Shown piece after piece: positions 19,412-27,684 of a stretch of DNA of 60,836 nt (position 1 is its first letter; each line of letters opens with the position of its first letter). Both the position numbers and the translations under genes were made by a program. The notes beneath the pieces are model-generated. The model was not told where the DNA came from and did no database searches. It was given only the letters and a program-made list of their open reading frames with translations. The DNA comes from Ilumatobacteraceae bacterium (GTDB lineage Bacteria; Actinomycetota; Acidimicrobiia; Acidimicrobiales; Ilumatobacteraceae): the NCBI GenBank assembly GCA_049454015.1, contig JBMTYA010000001.1:1-60836 (forward strand), given 5' to 3'.

Positions 19412-20200
19412 TTACGAAGGTAGTGCGACCCGCAATTCGCGCAGTGCTTTGCCGCGATCCGAGCTGCGAACGAGGTGTTCGCCCACCAATACTGCGCGGT
19501 AACCCGCCGCGGCCAGTCGTCGCGCGTCCTCCGATGAACGAATGCCAGACTCGGCGACCGCCACAACTCCTGTTGGAATCCTCGTCATCATCCGTTCGGC
19601 TCTGTCTTGGTCAACCTCAAAGGTATGCAGGTTTCGCTGGTTCACTCCAATCAGTTTCACATCGACGGAAAGGGCACGATCAAGTTCGACTTCATCGTGC
19701 ACCTCGACCAAGGCGTCAAGTGAGAGCTGCATCGCAAGAGAGCTAAAGCTGCGCAATTCTGCATCAGACAAAGCAGCGACGATGAGGAGCACTGCATCGG
19801 CACCCATTAACGCAGCATCGATGACGTCGAGTTCGCTGACTGTGAAGTCTTTACGCAGGACGGGCAATCTCGTTGCCGACCGCGCAGCCTTGAGGTCGTT
19901 CGCGCTACCCCCGAAGTGTGGCGTATCAGTGAGCACCGATAGGCATGCCGCACCACCCTGCTCGTACTCCTTCGCGAGCAAGATCGGGTCGAGCGACTCA
20001 TCAATTTCGCCTTTCGATGGTGAGCGTCGCTTGATCTCGGCGATCACTGCGAGGCTGGGGCCCGCTGTGAGTGCGTTAGCGAACCGGCGCGGTGCTGTGG
20101 TTCGTTCGTCAGCCGCACGCTCAATCAATGCTGTGGCATCTCGCGGATCTGTCGCAGCCCGCTTTCGGTGCCACGCGACGATGCCGTCGAGATACGTCAC
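19412..20200 (-). CDS. trpC: Indole-3-glycerol phosphate synthase
   Basis: 262 aa with AVIAEIKRRSPSKG, LSVLTD, VLRKDF, IGVNQRNL and VAESGI. Confidence 0.92.
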   Translation of the reverse strand: MTYLDGIVAWHRKRAATDPRDATALIERAADERTTAPRRFANALTAGPSLAVIAEIKRRSPSKGEIDESLDPILLAKEYEQGGAACLSVLTDTPHFGGSANDLKAARSATRLPVLRKDFTVSELDVIDAALMGADAVLLIVAALSDAELRSFSSLAMQLSLDALVEVHDEVELDRALSVDVKLIGVNQRNLHTFEVDQDRAERMMTRIPTGVVAVAESGIRSSEDARRLAAAGYRAVLVGEHLVRSSDRGKALRELRVALPS

Positions 20201-20205
20201 GCCGC

Positions 20206-21531
20206 TTAGAAGCCGAGAAGGCTGGCGAAATGTGCGAGCAAGCCGTCGATGGGCACTCGCACTTGGTTCGTCGAATCGCGGTCACGAACGGTGACAGCGT
20301 TATCTTCAAGCGAGTCGAAGTCGACGGTCACGCAATATGGCGTACCAATCTCGTCCTGTCGTCGGTACCGCCTACCAATCGCCTGGGTTTCGTCGTAATC
20401 GCACATGTACCGCGCCGTAAGCAGAGCAAATACCTTGTCTGCGAGCGGGGTTAGCGATTCCTTTTTTGACAGTGGCAGCACGGCCACCTGGTACGGCGCA
20501 ATTCGCGGATGCAAACGAAGCACCGTGCGGGGCTCGTCGTTCACCACGTCTTCGTCGTATGCGGCGAGCAAGAAGGCAGCCATCGTGCGATTGACGCCCG
20601 CCGCTGGTTCAACCACGTACGGCACGTAGCGCTCGTTGGACGCTTGATCGAAATAGTCAAGTTTCTGTCCGGAGTGCTGCGAGTGTTGCTTTAAGTCATA
20701 GTCAGTGCGTTGGGCGATGCCTTCCAGTTCTCCCCAGCCCCACGGAAAGAGAAACTCGATGTCGCAGGTTCCCGCCGAATAGTGCGAGAGCTCGTCTTTC
20801 TCGTGTTCGCGCAAGCGAAGCATGTCGCGCGGAATCCCGTGCGAGACATACCACTCAAGTCGTTCGTTCTTCCAGTAGTCGTACCACTGCGGACCCTCTG
20901 CTGGGGGCACAAAGAACTCAAGCTCCATCTGTTCGAACTCTCTGGTGCGAAAGATGAAGTTGCCGGGGGTGATTTCGTTGCGGAACGATTTGCCCACTTG
21001 AGCGATTCCGAATGGCGGTTTCTTTCGACTGGTAGCCAGCACGTTGGCGAAGTTGACGAACATGCCCTGTGCGGTTTCTGGGCGCAAGTACACCTCGGTG
21101 CCCGCGCCTTCGATTGGGCCGGCGTGGGTCTTGAACATCAGATTGAACGCACGCGCTTCGGTGAATGCGCAGCCTTTCATCTTCTGCGGGCAGTCGCGCG
21201 AATCGAGCTGGTCCTGGCGAAAACGTCGCTTGCACACCGTGCAATCGACGAGTGGATCGCTGAAGTTGGCGAGGTGGCCGCTCGCTTCGAATGTTTGAGG
21301 CGGGTTGAGGATCGCCGCGTCGATCAGCACCACGTCGTTGCGTCGCTGAACAACAGACCTGATCCAGGCGTCCTTCACATTCCGCAACATGAGCGCACCG
21401 AGCGGGCCGTAGTCGTACGAAGACCGAAATCCCCCGTAGATCTCCGCACTCGGAAAGGCGAACCCGCGGCGCTTCGAAAGATTGACGATTTGGTCCAAAT
21501 CCTTCGCAGGCATCTGTTTGAGGCTACTCAA
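20206..21531 (-). CDS. glyQS: Glycine--tRNA ligase (dimeric class II, GlyQS type)
   Basis: 441 aa with RRGFAFPSAEIYGG, LRPETAQG, FRNEITPGNFIFRTREFEQMELEFF and an anticodon-binding C-terminus. Confidence 0.93.
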   Translation of the reverse strand: MSSLKQMPAKDLDQIVNLSKRRGFAFPSAEIYGGFRSSYDYGPLGALMLRNVKDAWIRSVVQRRNDVVLIDAAILNPPQTFEASGHLANFSDPLVDCTVCKRRFRQDQLDSRDCPQKMKGCAFTEARAFNLMFKTHAGPIEGAGTEVYLRPETAQGMFVNFANVLATSRKKPPFGIAQVGKSFRNEITPGNFIFRTREFEQMELEFFVPPAEGPQWYDYWKNERLEWYVSHGIPRDMLRLREHEKDELSHYSAGTCDIEFLFPWGWGELEGIAQRTDYDLKQHSQHSGQKLDYFDQASNERYVPYVVEPAAGVNRTMAAFLLAAYDEDVVNDEPRTVLRLHPRIAPYQVAVLPLSKKESLTPLADKVFALLTARYMCDYDETQAIGRRYRRQDEIGTPYCVTVDFDSLEDNAVTVRDRDSTNQVRVPIDGLLAHFASLLGF

Positions 21532-22259
21532 CCTGCTCTTGGGGCCTCGAACAACGATGTCGAGCGAATCCTTCGTTCGAGGTGATGTTCAGTAGTCGCC
21601 CTCGCAATCTCCACCACTTCGCGTGTCGCATGCGCCGCTACACCCGTGCGGTTCAGCACTTCTGCCACACGCCCGCCGAGTACGCCTTGCATGATTTCAA
21701 GTGCCTCGGTAGAAAGCGACAAGCCACGCCTGTGGTCGCGACACTGCACACCGCCAGCCGCCACGTCAAATGCGCACAAGTCGTGTGCGCCCTGGCAGAC
21801 GATGCACGTGTCGACACGAGGGCCGACACCTTCGACCTCGAGCAATCGCAATTGCAACGCTGGGAGTACGAGAGGCGAGAACTGTTTGTCAAGCTGCCGC
21901 AGCGCACCGACCAGCATTCGATACAGGTGCTTGCAGGGCACCCTGTCGTGGCAGAGCTGTTCGACGACTTCGCACATGGCGAGTCCGTCGGTCGTGCACT
22001 CAAGACTGGAGCGCACATTGTTGGCAACTTCCACGAGTTCGACCTGATTCACAATGTCAAGCTCCCGACCTCTGTACAGCTGAACTTGCACGTGACTCAT
22101 GGGTTCGAGTCGGGAACCGAATCGAGACCCTGTCTTGCGGACGCCTTTGGCAACAGCACGCACTTTGCCCGAGTCCTGAGTGATGATGGTGACAATCCGG
22201 TCGGACTCCCCCAACTTGTGGGTGCGCACCACCACGCCGACGTCGCGGTAGACCGGCAT
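21528..22259 (-). CDS. recO: DNA repair protein RecO
   Basis: 243 aa with an N-terminal OB (VVRTHKLGESDRIVTIITQDSGKVRAVAKG) and a Cys cluster CIVCQ...C. It overlaps its neighbours at both ends (TGATG upstream, ATGA downstream). Confidence 0.9.
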   Translation of the reverse strand: MPVYRDVGVVVRTHKLGESDRIVTIITQDSGKVRAVAKGVRKTGSRFGSRLEPMSHVQVQLYRGRELDIVNQVELVEVANNVRSSLECTTDGLAMCEVVEQLCHDRVPCKHLYRMLVGALRQLDKQFSPLVLPALQLRLLEVEGVGPRVDTCIVCQGAHDLCAFDVAAGGVQCRDHRRGLSLSTEALEIMQGVLGGRVAEVLNRTGVAAHATREVVEIARATTEHHLERRIRSTSLFEAPRAG

Positions 22260-22831
22260 CAGGAATCGATTCCTCCGAAGCGTCGATCACGACGTGCAAA
22301 GTCGTCGATGGCCATCTCGAGGTGCTCGGCGTTCAAGTCACCCCATGGCGCATCGAGGAAGACGAGCTCTGCATACGCGATCTCCCACACCAACGAGGCG
22401 GGCATCGCGCTTGCGCTTCCGAGCACGATGACGAGGTCTGGTTCGCCCGGCGCCGGCGCGCTCAACGTCGCTGCGAGGCGCTGCTCGGTTACGTCGTCAG
22501 TCGTCATTCGGTTTACTGCATCCGCTATGCGCTGCCGGCCGTCGGCGCACAAATCGACGATCACTGTCACCCCTTCGTCCCCCAGTACGACGACTCGGTC
22601 GGCGTACTGAACACCTCCGCACGACTCAACGAGGAGCTGGCGAATATGGGAAACATCTGACTCGCTGCCAGACCCGTGCGGGATGATCGTGGCCCATTCC
22701 GCACCGCCGCCGTGCGCTACCTGAGACACAAGGGTCAGTCGCGCGCGCCATGCATCAACACTCGTCTGCGCCCACTCATGCAGGCTTCCGGCACAAAGAA
22801 GCACATGGGAAAGACTCGTTCGTGCAGCCAC
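22259..22831 (-). CDS. Degenerate cis-prenyltransferase (UPP-synthase-fold) paralogue; catalytic motifs lost, C-terminal RRFGG kept
   Basis: 190 aa, GTG start. HVLLCAGSLHEWA aligns with HVAIIMDGNGRWA. PDLVIVLGSASAMPASLVWEIAYAELVFLDAPWGD...FARRDRRFGG aligns with the C-terminal half of UPPS. Confidence 0.65.
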   Translation of the reverse strand: MAARTSLSHVLLCAGSLHEWAQTSVDAWRARLTLVSQVAHGGGAEWATIIPHGSGSESDVSHIRQLLVESCGGVQYADRVVVLGDEGVTVIVDLCADGRQRIADAVNRMTTDDVTEQRLAATLSAPAPGEPDLVIVLGSASAMPASLVWEIAYAELVFLDAPWGDLNAEHLEMAIDDFARRDRRFGGIDS

Positions 22832-22863
22832 CGTTACATCCTCGCACTAGGAAGTAGTTTCTG

Positions 22864-23574
22864 ATGCGAATCATGCCCGATGGCCTGCACCTCGCCTGCA
22901 TCATGGACGGCAACGGCCGCTGGGCAAAACGCCGCGGTCTTCCGCGAACGGCAGGCCACACCGCCGGAGAAGAAGCCCTCGCCGAGGTCGTTCGCATCGC
23001 ATCACGCCGAAACGTCGGCTGGCTAACCGTCTTTGGCTTCAGCACGGAGAACTGGGTTCGCCCGCCGTCGGAGGTTCGCCACATTCTGGGTCTGCATCGA
23101 AAACTCTTCGGCCGAATCGAAGAACTCAACGCCAACAACGTGCGTGTCAATTGGATAGGGCGGCCCTTCGACGAACCAGGATCGCGTACCCCGGGCAACG
23201 TTCAGAAGTCAATTAGGCAGGCCATTGAAGACACGAAGCACAACAACGGCATGATGCTCACTGTCGCCTTCGACTACGGAAGCCGGGCCGAAATCGCCCG
23301 TGCCGCTAAGCACGCGCGTCGAGCCATACTCGCGACTGGCTCGGGAGGCGTAGCAGGCGCAATAACCCCTCACGACCTCGAAACACACCTCTACGACCCG
23401 ACCCTTCCGCCGGTCGACGTGCTCGTGCGTACGTCGGGTGAGACACGAATCTCCAATTTCATGTTGTGGCAGTCGGCAGGTGCACGCGTGTATTTCACCG
23501 ACTGTTCGTGGCCAGACTTCGGCGCAGCCGAGATCGATGAGGCAATCGCGCTGGCTCGGCCCCGCTCCGCATGA
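22864..23574 (+). CDS. uppS: Undecaprenyl/decaprenyl diphosphate synthase (cis-prenyltransferase), catalytic paralogue
   Basis: 236 aa with LACIMDGNGRWAKRRG, FGFSTENWVRP, VLVRTSGETRISNFMLWQSA and WPDF. It ends ...ALARPRSA, without a clear RRFG tail. Confidence 0.92.
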   Translation: MRIMPDGLHLACIMDGNGRWAKRRGLPRTAGHTAGEEALAEVVRIASRRNVGWLTVFGFSTENWVRPPSEVRHILGLHRKLFGRIEELNANNVRVNWIGRPFDEPGSRTPGNVQKSIRQAIEDTKHNNGMMLTVAFDYGSRAEIARAAKHARRAILATGSGGVAGAITPHDLETHLYDPTLPPVDVLVRTSGETRISNFMLWQSAGARVYFTDCSWPDFGAAEIDEAIALARPRSA

Positions 23575-25481
23575 CGCCTGCTGCAAAGAAGGCACTGGCC
23601 CTCCTGGAACGGGTGCTTGCGCATCTCGACAATGCCGAGCAACGCGAAGGCCAAGCCGACATGGTGCGTCACATCGCCGATGCTGTTGCCACTCGTGAGA
23701 CCGTAGTAATCCAGGCAGGTACCGGCACTGGCAAAACGCTCGGCTATCTCATCCCGATTCTTGCCGCCGGTCAGACAGCCGTAATTGCTACGTATACGAA
23801 GGCGCTGCAAGACCAGTTGGCAAGCGTCGACCTTCCGCTCTTGCACGAGGTGTGCAATAACGATCCAGATCTTGCGTTTCAGTGGGCAGTGTTGAAAGGT
23901 CGCAACAACTACCTCTGTCGTCAACGTCTCGCCGAGATTGAGAACGGCCAAGATCAGCTTGACCTTGACGCCTCTTCGAAAGAGTTGCGTCAAGACGTGC
24001 AGAAGCTCCTGAAGTGGTCAGCGAGCACACCATCTGGAGACGCTTCAGACGTCCCGTTTGCCGTGAGCGACTCCGCCTGGCGAAAGGTAAGCCTCTCATC
24101 CGAGGAGTGTCCTGGTGCCGCGAAATGCGAGTACGGCGAAACATGCTTCACCGAGACAGCACGCCGCAATGCCGCCGAGTCGAACGTCATCGTGGTGAAT
24201 TTCACCCTCTATGGCCTCGACCTTCAGCAAGATCGCGAGTTTCTACCTGAACACGACGTCGTGGTATTCGACGAGGTTCATGAACTTGAAGATGTCATCA
24301 GCGACACCGCTTCGATCGTGCTCAGTCCGCGTACGTTCTCCAATGTCGCCGAGAGCGCAAGAAAGGCTCTCACCACCCAAAAGGTGGCCAATGCCCTTGC
24401 CAAGACGGCCACAGAGTTTGAAGAAGTTCTCGAACGCCATGTCGGGGTGCGCTTCCGCGAGAACCTGGCAACTGACATCACCGATACATTGACGACTTCG
24501 CTAGCGCAGATTGAGTTGCTCATCGATCAAGTAGCGCAGAAGAACGATGAATCTCCAGACGTGCTCCGTGCGTCGTCGACACTGAATCGCGCAAAGAGCG
24601 ACGTCGAGAGCGTGTTGGCATCGGGCAGCGACATTGTCTCGTTCGTCACCGACCAGCGCGGCTCGCCACGACTCACCTCGGCACCGTTACGAGTGAGCGG
24701 TGTACTTGCACCGGTCTGGGCCGAGAACGTCGCAATCTTGACGAGTGCCACCATTCCTCCTGGGCTACCCCAACGGCTCGGTCTCGCCAAGCCCGACGAA
24801 GACATTATTCAGGTGAAGAGTCCCTTTGACTACGCGAGAAACTCACTGCTCTATCTCGGCGGGGACCTCCCTGCCCCCAACGAGTCACGACGTGCTGAAG
24901 CAGTCCACGTTCGAATCAAAGAACTGATCTCGATGTCGAATGGTTCGGCCCTCGTACTCTTTACCAGTTGGGCTGCGCTCAACGAAGCTGTCGCTGCCCT
25001 CCGTGGCGACCTCGGCGACGACATTGTGCTCTACGCACAAGACGATATGCCGAAAAAGATGCTCCTCGAGCGTTTCCGCGAAGAACAGAAGTCGTGCTTG
25101 TTTGCAACGCGTGGGTACTTCCAAGGAGTCGACGTGCCAGGCGATGCCCTGCGTCTCGTCATCATCGATAAGGTTCCGTTTCCTGCACTACAGGATCCGC
25201 TACTCGACGCCCGTCGCGAGCAGGCTGGCAAAGATTCCTTCCTGCGCATCGATGTGCCAATTGCGGCCGCATCCCTTGCCCAAGCTGCAGGCAGGCTCAT
25301 ACGCACCGCCTCCGACCACGGTGTAGTAGCAATCCTCGATCCGCGTCTCGCGACGAAGCGCTACAAGCCGCTCGTGCTGCACGGTGTGTCGCACATGCCT
25401 GAGACGAACTCTCTGCGAGAAGTCGAGGAGTTCTTCATCAAGCGTCTGGGTGGAAGCGGTACCCGAGTCCGCGGTTCGTGA
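23571..25481 (+). CDS. dinG: DinG/Rad3-family ATP-dependent DNA helicase
   Basis: 636 aa with Walker A QAGTGTGKTLGYL and a DEAH-like VVFDEVHELED. Four Cys fit an Fe-S module (YLCRQ, CPGAAKCEYGETC). C-terminal helicase motifs are FATRGYFQGVDVPG and QAAGRLIR. ATGA overlap with the uppS stop. Confidence 0.85.
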   Translation: MTPAAKKALALLERVLAHLDNAEQREGQADMVRHIADAVATRETVVIQAGTGTGKTLGYLIPILAAGQTAVIATYTKALQDQLASVDLPLLHEVCNNDPDLAFQWAVLKGRNNYLCRQRLAEIENGQDQLDLDASSKELRQDVQKLLKWSASTPSGDASDVPFAVSDSAWRKVSLSSEECPGAAKCEYGETCFTETARRNAAESNVIVVNFTLYGLDLQQDREFLPEHDVVVFDEVHELEDVISDTASIVLSPRTFSNVAESARKALTTQKVANALAKTATEFEEVLERHVGVRFRENLATDITDTLTTSLAQIELLIDQVAQKNDESPDVLRASSTLNRAKSDVESVLASGSDIVSFVTDQRGSPRLTSAPLRVSGVLAPVWAENVAILTSATIPPGLPQRLGLAKPDEDIIQVKSPFDYARNSLLYLGGDLPAPNESRRAEAVHVRIKELISMSNGSALVLFTSWAALNEAVAALRGDLGDDIVLYAQDDMPKKMLLERFREEQKSCLFATRGYFQGVDVPGDALRLVIIDKVPFPALQDPLLDARREQAGKDSFLRIDVPIAAASLAQAAGRLIRTASDHGVVAILDPRLATKRYKPLVLHGVSHMPETNSLREVEEFFIKRLGGSGTRVRGS

Positions 25482-26127
25482 CGATGAACTTCGGGTCGTT
25501 CGGGGTGTCCTCAATCTTCACGCGCAAACGTCGGATGTGGGCATCGACCAGCCGACTATCCCCCAGGTAGTCGTACCCCCAGACGCGTTCCAACAATTGA
25601 TCCCTGCTGAGCACAACGTTCGGATGGTCCGCAAACTCAATAAGCAAACGCAGCTCGGTCTTGGTGAGAGCGAGTTCATGGCCGCCTTTCATCACGATTC
25701 CCGCTTCACGTCGAAGTTCAACATCGCCGAACCGTGTCACGTCAGGCGCGCGGTTTGATGCTTCACGAACGAGACGGCGCAGAGCAGCTCGAATTCGAGC
25801 TGCGAGCTCTTTGGTGTTGACAGGTTTTGTCACGTAGTCGTCGGCGCCGGCTTCCAGACCCGCCACGAGGTCGTGAGTGTCGGTTTGTGCAGTGACGATG
25901 ATGATTGGCACGTTGCTGCGCTGGCGAATCTCCCTGCACACCTCAAAGCCAGAGATGTCAGGCAGCCGAAGATCAAGCAAAATGAGATCTGGCTGCTCGG
26001 TCGAAGCGAGTGATAACCCCAGCTGGCCGCTTGGTGCCTGCAACACTTCATAGCCCTCGTCTTCGAGGGCCAGGCTGAGTGCTCCCCGGATACCGGCATC
26101 ATCCTCGACTAAGAGAATTTGTGCCAT
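25438..26127 (-). CDS. mtrA: OmpR/PhoB-family response regulator (MtrA-like)
   Basis: I trimmed to MAQILLVEDDAGIR (ATG at 26127). It has a receiver (LILLDLRLPDISG) and a winged-helix output (LTKTELRLLIEF...RGLGYRF). The symbol is tentative and rests on the adjacent mtrB-lpqB-like pair. Confidence 0.8.
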   Translation of the reverse strand: MAQILLVEDDAGIRGALSLALEDEGYEVLQAPSGQLGLSLASTEQPDLILLDLRLPDISGFEVCREIRQRSNVPIIIVTAQTDTHDLVAGLEAGADDYVTKPVNTKELAARIRAALRRLVREASNRAPDVTRFGDVELRREAGIVMKGGHELALTKTELRLLIEFADHPNVVLSRDQLLERVWGYDYLGDSRLVDAHIRRLRVKIEDTPNDPKFIVTNRGLGYRFHPDA

Positions 26128-26218
26128 GGCACGAAGTCTGCCAAAGACATCCCAACTGTTACACAAAACGCACACTTTCGCAGGCGTCTCGTCACATGGA
26201 CTGAGCATTCTTTTACAA

Positions 26219-26260
26219 GAGCCGGCGCGGGGTCATGCTCCCCCTTGACCCCGCCGGCTC
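26219..26260. repeat. GC-rich imperfect inverted repeat / hairpin in the mtrA-mtrB divergent spacer
   Basis: GAGCCGGCGCGGGGTCA (26219-26235) pairs with TGACCCCGCCGGCTC (26246-26260). That is 15 bp with two single-nt bulges and a 10-nt loop, ending 20 nt before the kinase ATG. Confidence 0.6.
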
Positions 26261-26280
26261 GATATTGCGGCGGTCGTGAG

Positions 26281-27684
26281 ATGCGCAATGCTGGTCACAT
26301 GCGAATTCCGCGGGCCCTGCGTCCTGGACTGCGCACGCGCATCGTCGCCTATTTCTCGTTTGCGACGTTCATTGGTGTGCTCATCTTGAGCATTGTTACG
26401 TTCGCGGCCACGCGCAACTATCTGGTCGACAAGGCAACGACATCCGCTCGCGACCAGGCACTCGCCAATGCGCAGCTCGTACGAACACTTGTCGGAGCGA
26501 GTCGAGTCGACGCTGGCGAGGTGGTTACCGACCTTCGAACCCAGCCCGGCGGTTACGCGGTCTTGCATCTCGGTGCCGAGAACTTGTTCTATGCGCAGGC
26601 ACCTCTGCGGTTTACACAGTCAAACCTCCCGACCGATTTCGTGCGCAGCGCAATCGCTGGTCAGAGCGGCGTGCAACGCGTGGACTTCTTGGGTCGTCCA
26701 TACGAGGCTGTCGCCATCGACGTTCCCGCAATTGACGCCACGTACTTCGAGGTGTTTCCGATCAGTGACGTAGCCGACACACTCGGAACGATTCGCTCGA
26801 TTCTCGTAGTCGCAGTGTTGATCATCACCATTTCTGCCGGCCTCATCGGTTTCCTATTGAGCGGAAACGTGCTGTATCCGTTGCGCCGAGTGACAGAGGC
26901 GGCAACCACCATTGCCGAGGGAGCACTGGCGACTCGCCTCGAACCCGAACCAGACCCCGAGCTGCAACAACTCGTCGACAGTTTCAATGGCATGGCAGAC
27001 GCTGTGCAGGAGCGCATCGAACGCGAAGAACGCTTCGCAAGCGACGTGAGCCACGAGCTAAGGTCGCCCATCACGTCGCTCGGGGCTGCAGTGGAAGTGT
27101 TGAAGGGTCGCTCCGAGGAATTATCCGAGCGCAATCGACAAGCCCTTGACATCATCGCCACCCAAGTACGTCGTTTCGACCGCACTGTCCTCGATCTCCT
27201 TGAATTGAGCCGCCTCGACGCTCGAGCCGGGCAGGACAACCGTGAGGAACTCCATCTCGGTGCCTTGGTGGAGAGAATCGCTGGACGCCACGGTTACGGA
27301 TCGGTTCTCGTCGTCTCTGACCTTGGCGACGACGACGTCGTGTATCTCGACCGACGTCGAGTCGAACGCATCCTGCTTAACCTGCTCGATAATGCCCGTG
27401 ACCATGCCGGAGGAGCGTCCGAGATACTCCTCAGCAGCGACGACTCGGGAAATCTGCTACTCATCGTCGATGACAACGGTCCTGGCATCGGCGTCAGCGA
27501 ACGCGACAGAATCTTCGAGCGATTCGCACGAGGCACTGCCTCGCGTAACAGCGTGGGCAGCGGGCTCGGTTTGGCCATCGTTTCCGAACACGCAAAAGCA
27601 CTAGGTGGCCGCGCCTACGTGGATACCTCGCCAAGCGGCGGCGCACGCTTCGTCGTCGTGATTCCGCCAGGAGGCACGGAATGA
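26281..27684 (+). CDS. mtrB: Sensor histidine kinase (MtrB-like: 2 TM, HAMP, HisKA, HATPase)
   Basis: I trimmed to MRNAGHMRIPRAL (ATG 26281; ATG 26299 is also possible). TM helices are present, the H-box is FASDVSHELRSP, and ATPase motifs are LLDNARDH, DDNGPGI and GSGLGLAIV. Confidence 0.82.
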   Translation: MRNAGHMRIPRALRPGLRTRIVAYFSFATFIGVLILSIVTFAATRNYLVDKATTSARDQALANAQLVRTLVGASRVDAGEVVTDLRTQPGGYAVLHLGAENLFYAQAPLRFTQSNLPTDFVRSAIAGQSGVQRVDFLGRPYEAVAIDVPAIDATYFEVFPISDVADTLGTIRSILVVAVLIITISAGLIGFLLSGNVLYPLRRVTEAATTIAEGALATRLEPEPDPELQQLVDSFNGMADAVQERIEREERFASDVSHELRSPITSLGAAVEVLKGRSEELSERNRQALDIIATQVRRFDRTVLDLLELSRLDARAGQDNREELHLGALVERIAGRHGYGSVLVVSDLGDDDVVYLDRRRVERILLNLLDNARDHAGGASEILLSSDDSGNLLLIVDDNGPGIGVSERDRIFERFARGTASRNSVGSGLGLAIVSEHAKALGGRAYVDTSPSGGARFVVVIPPGGTE

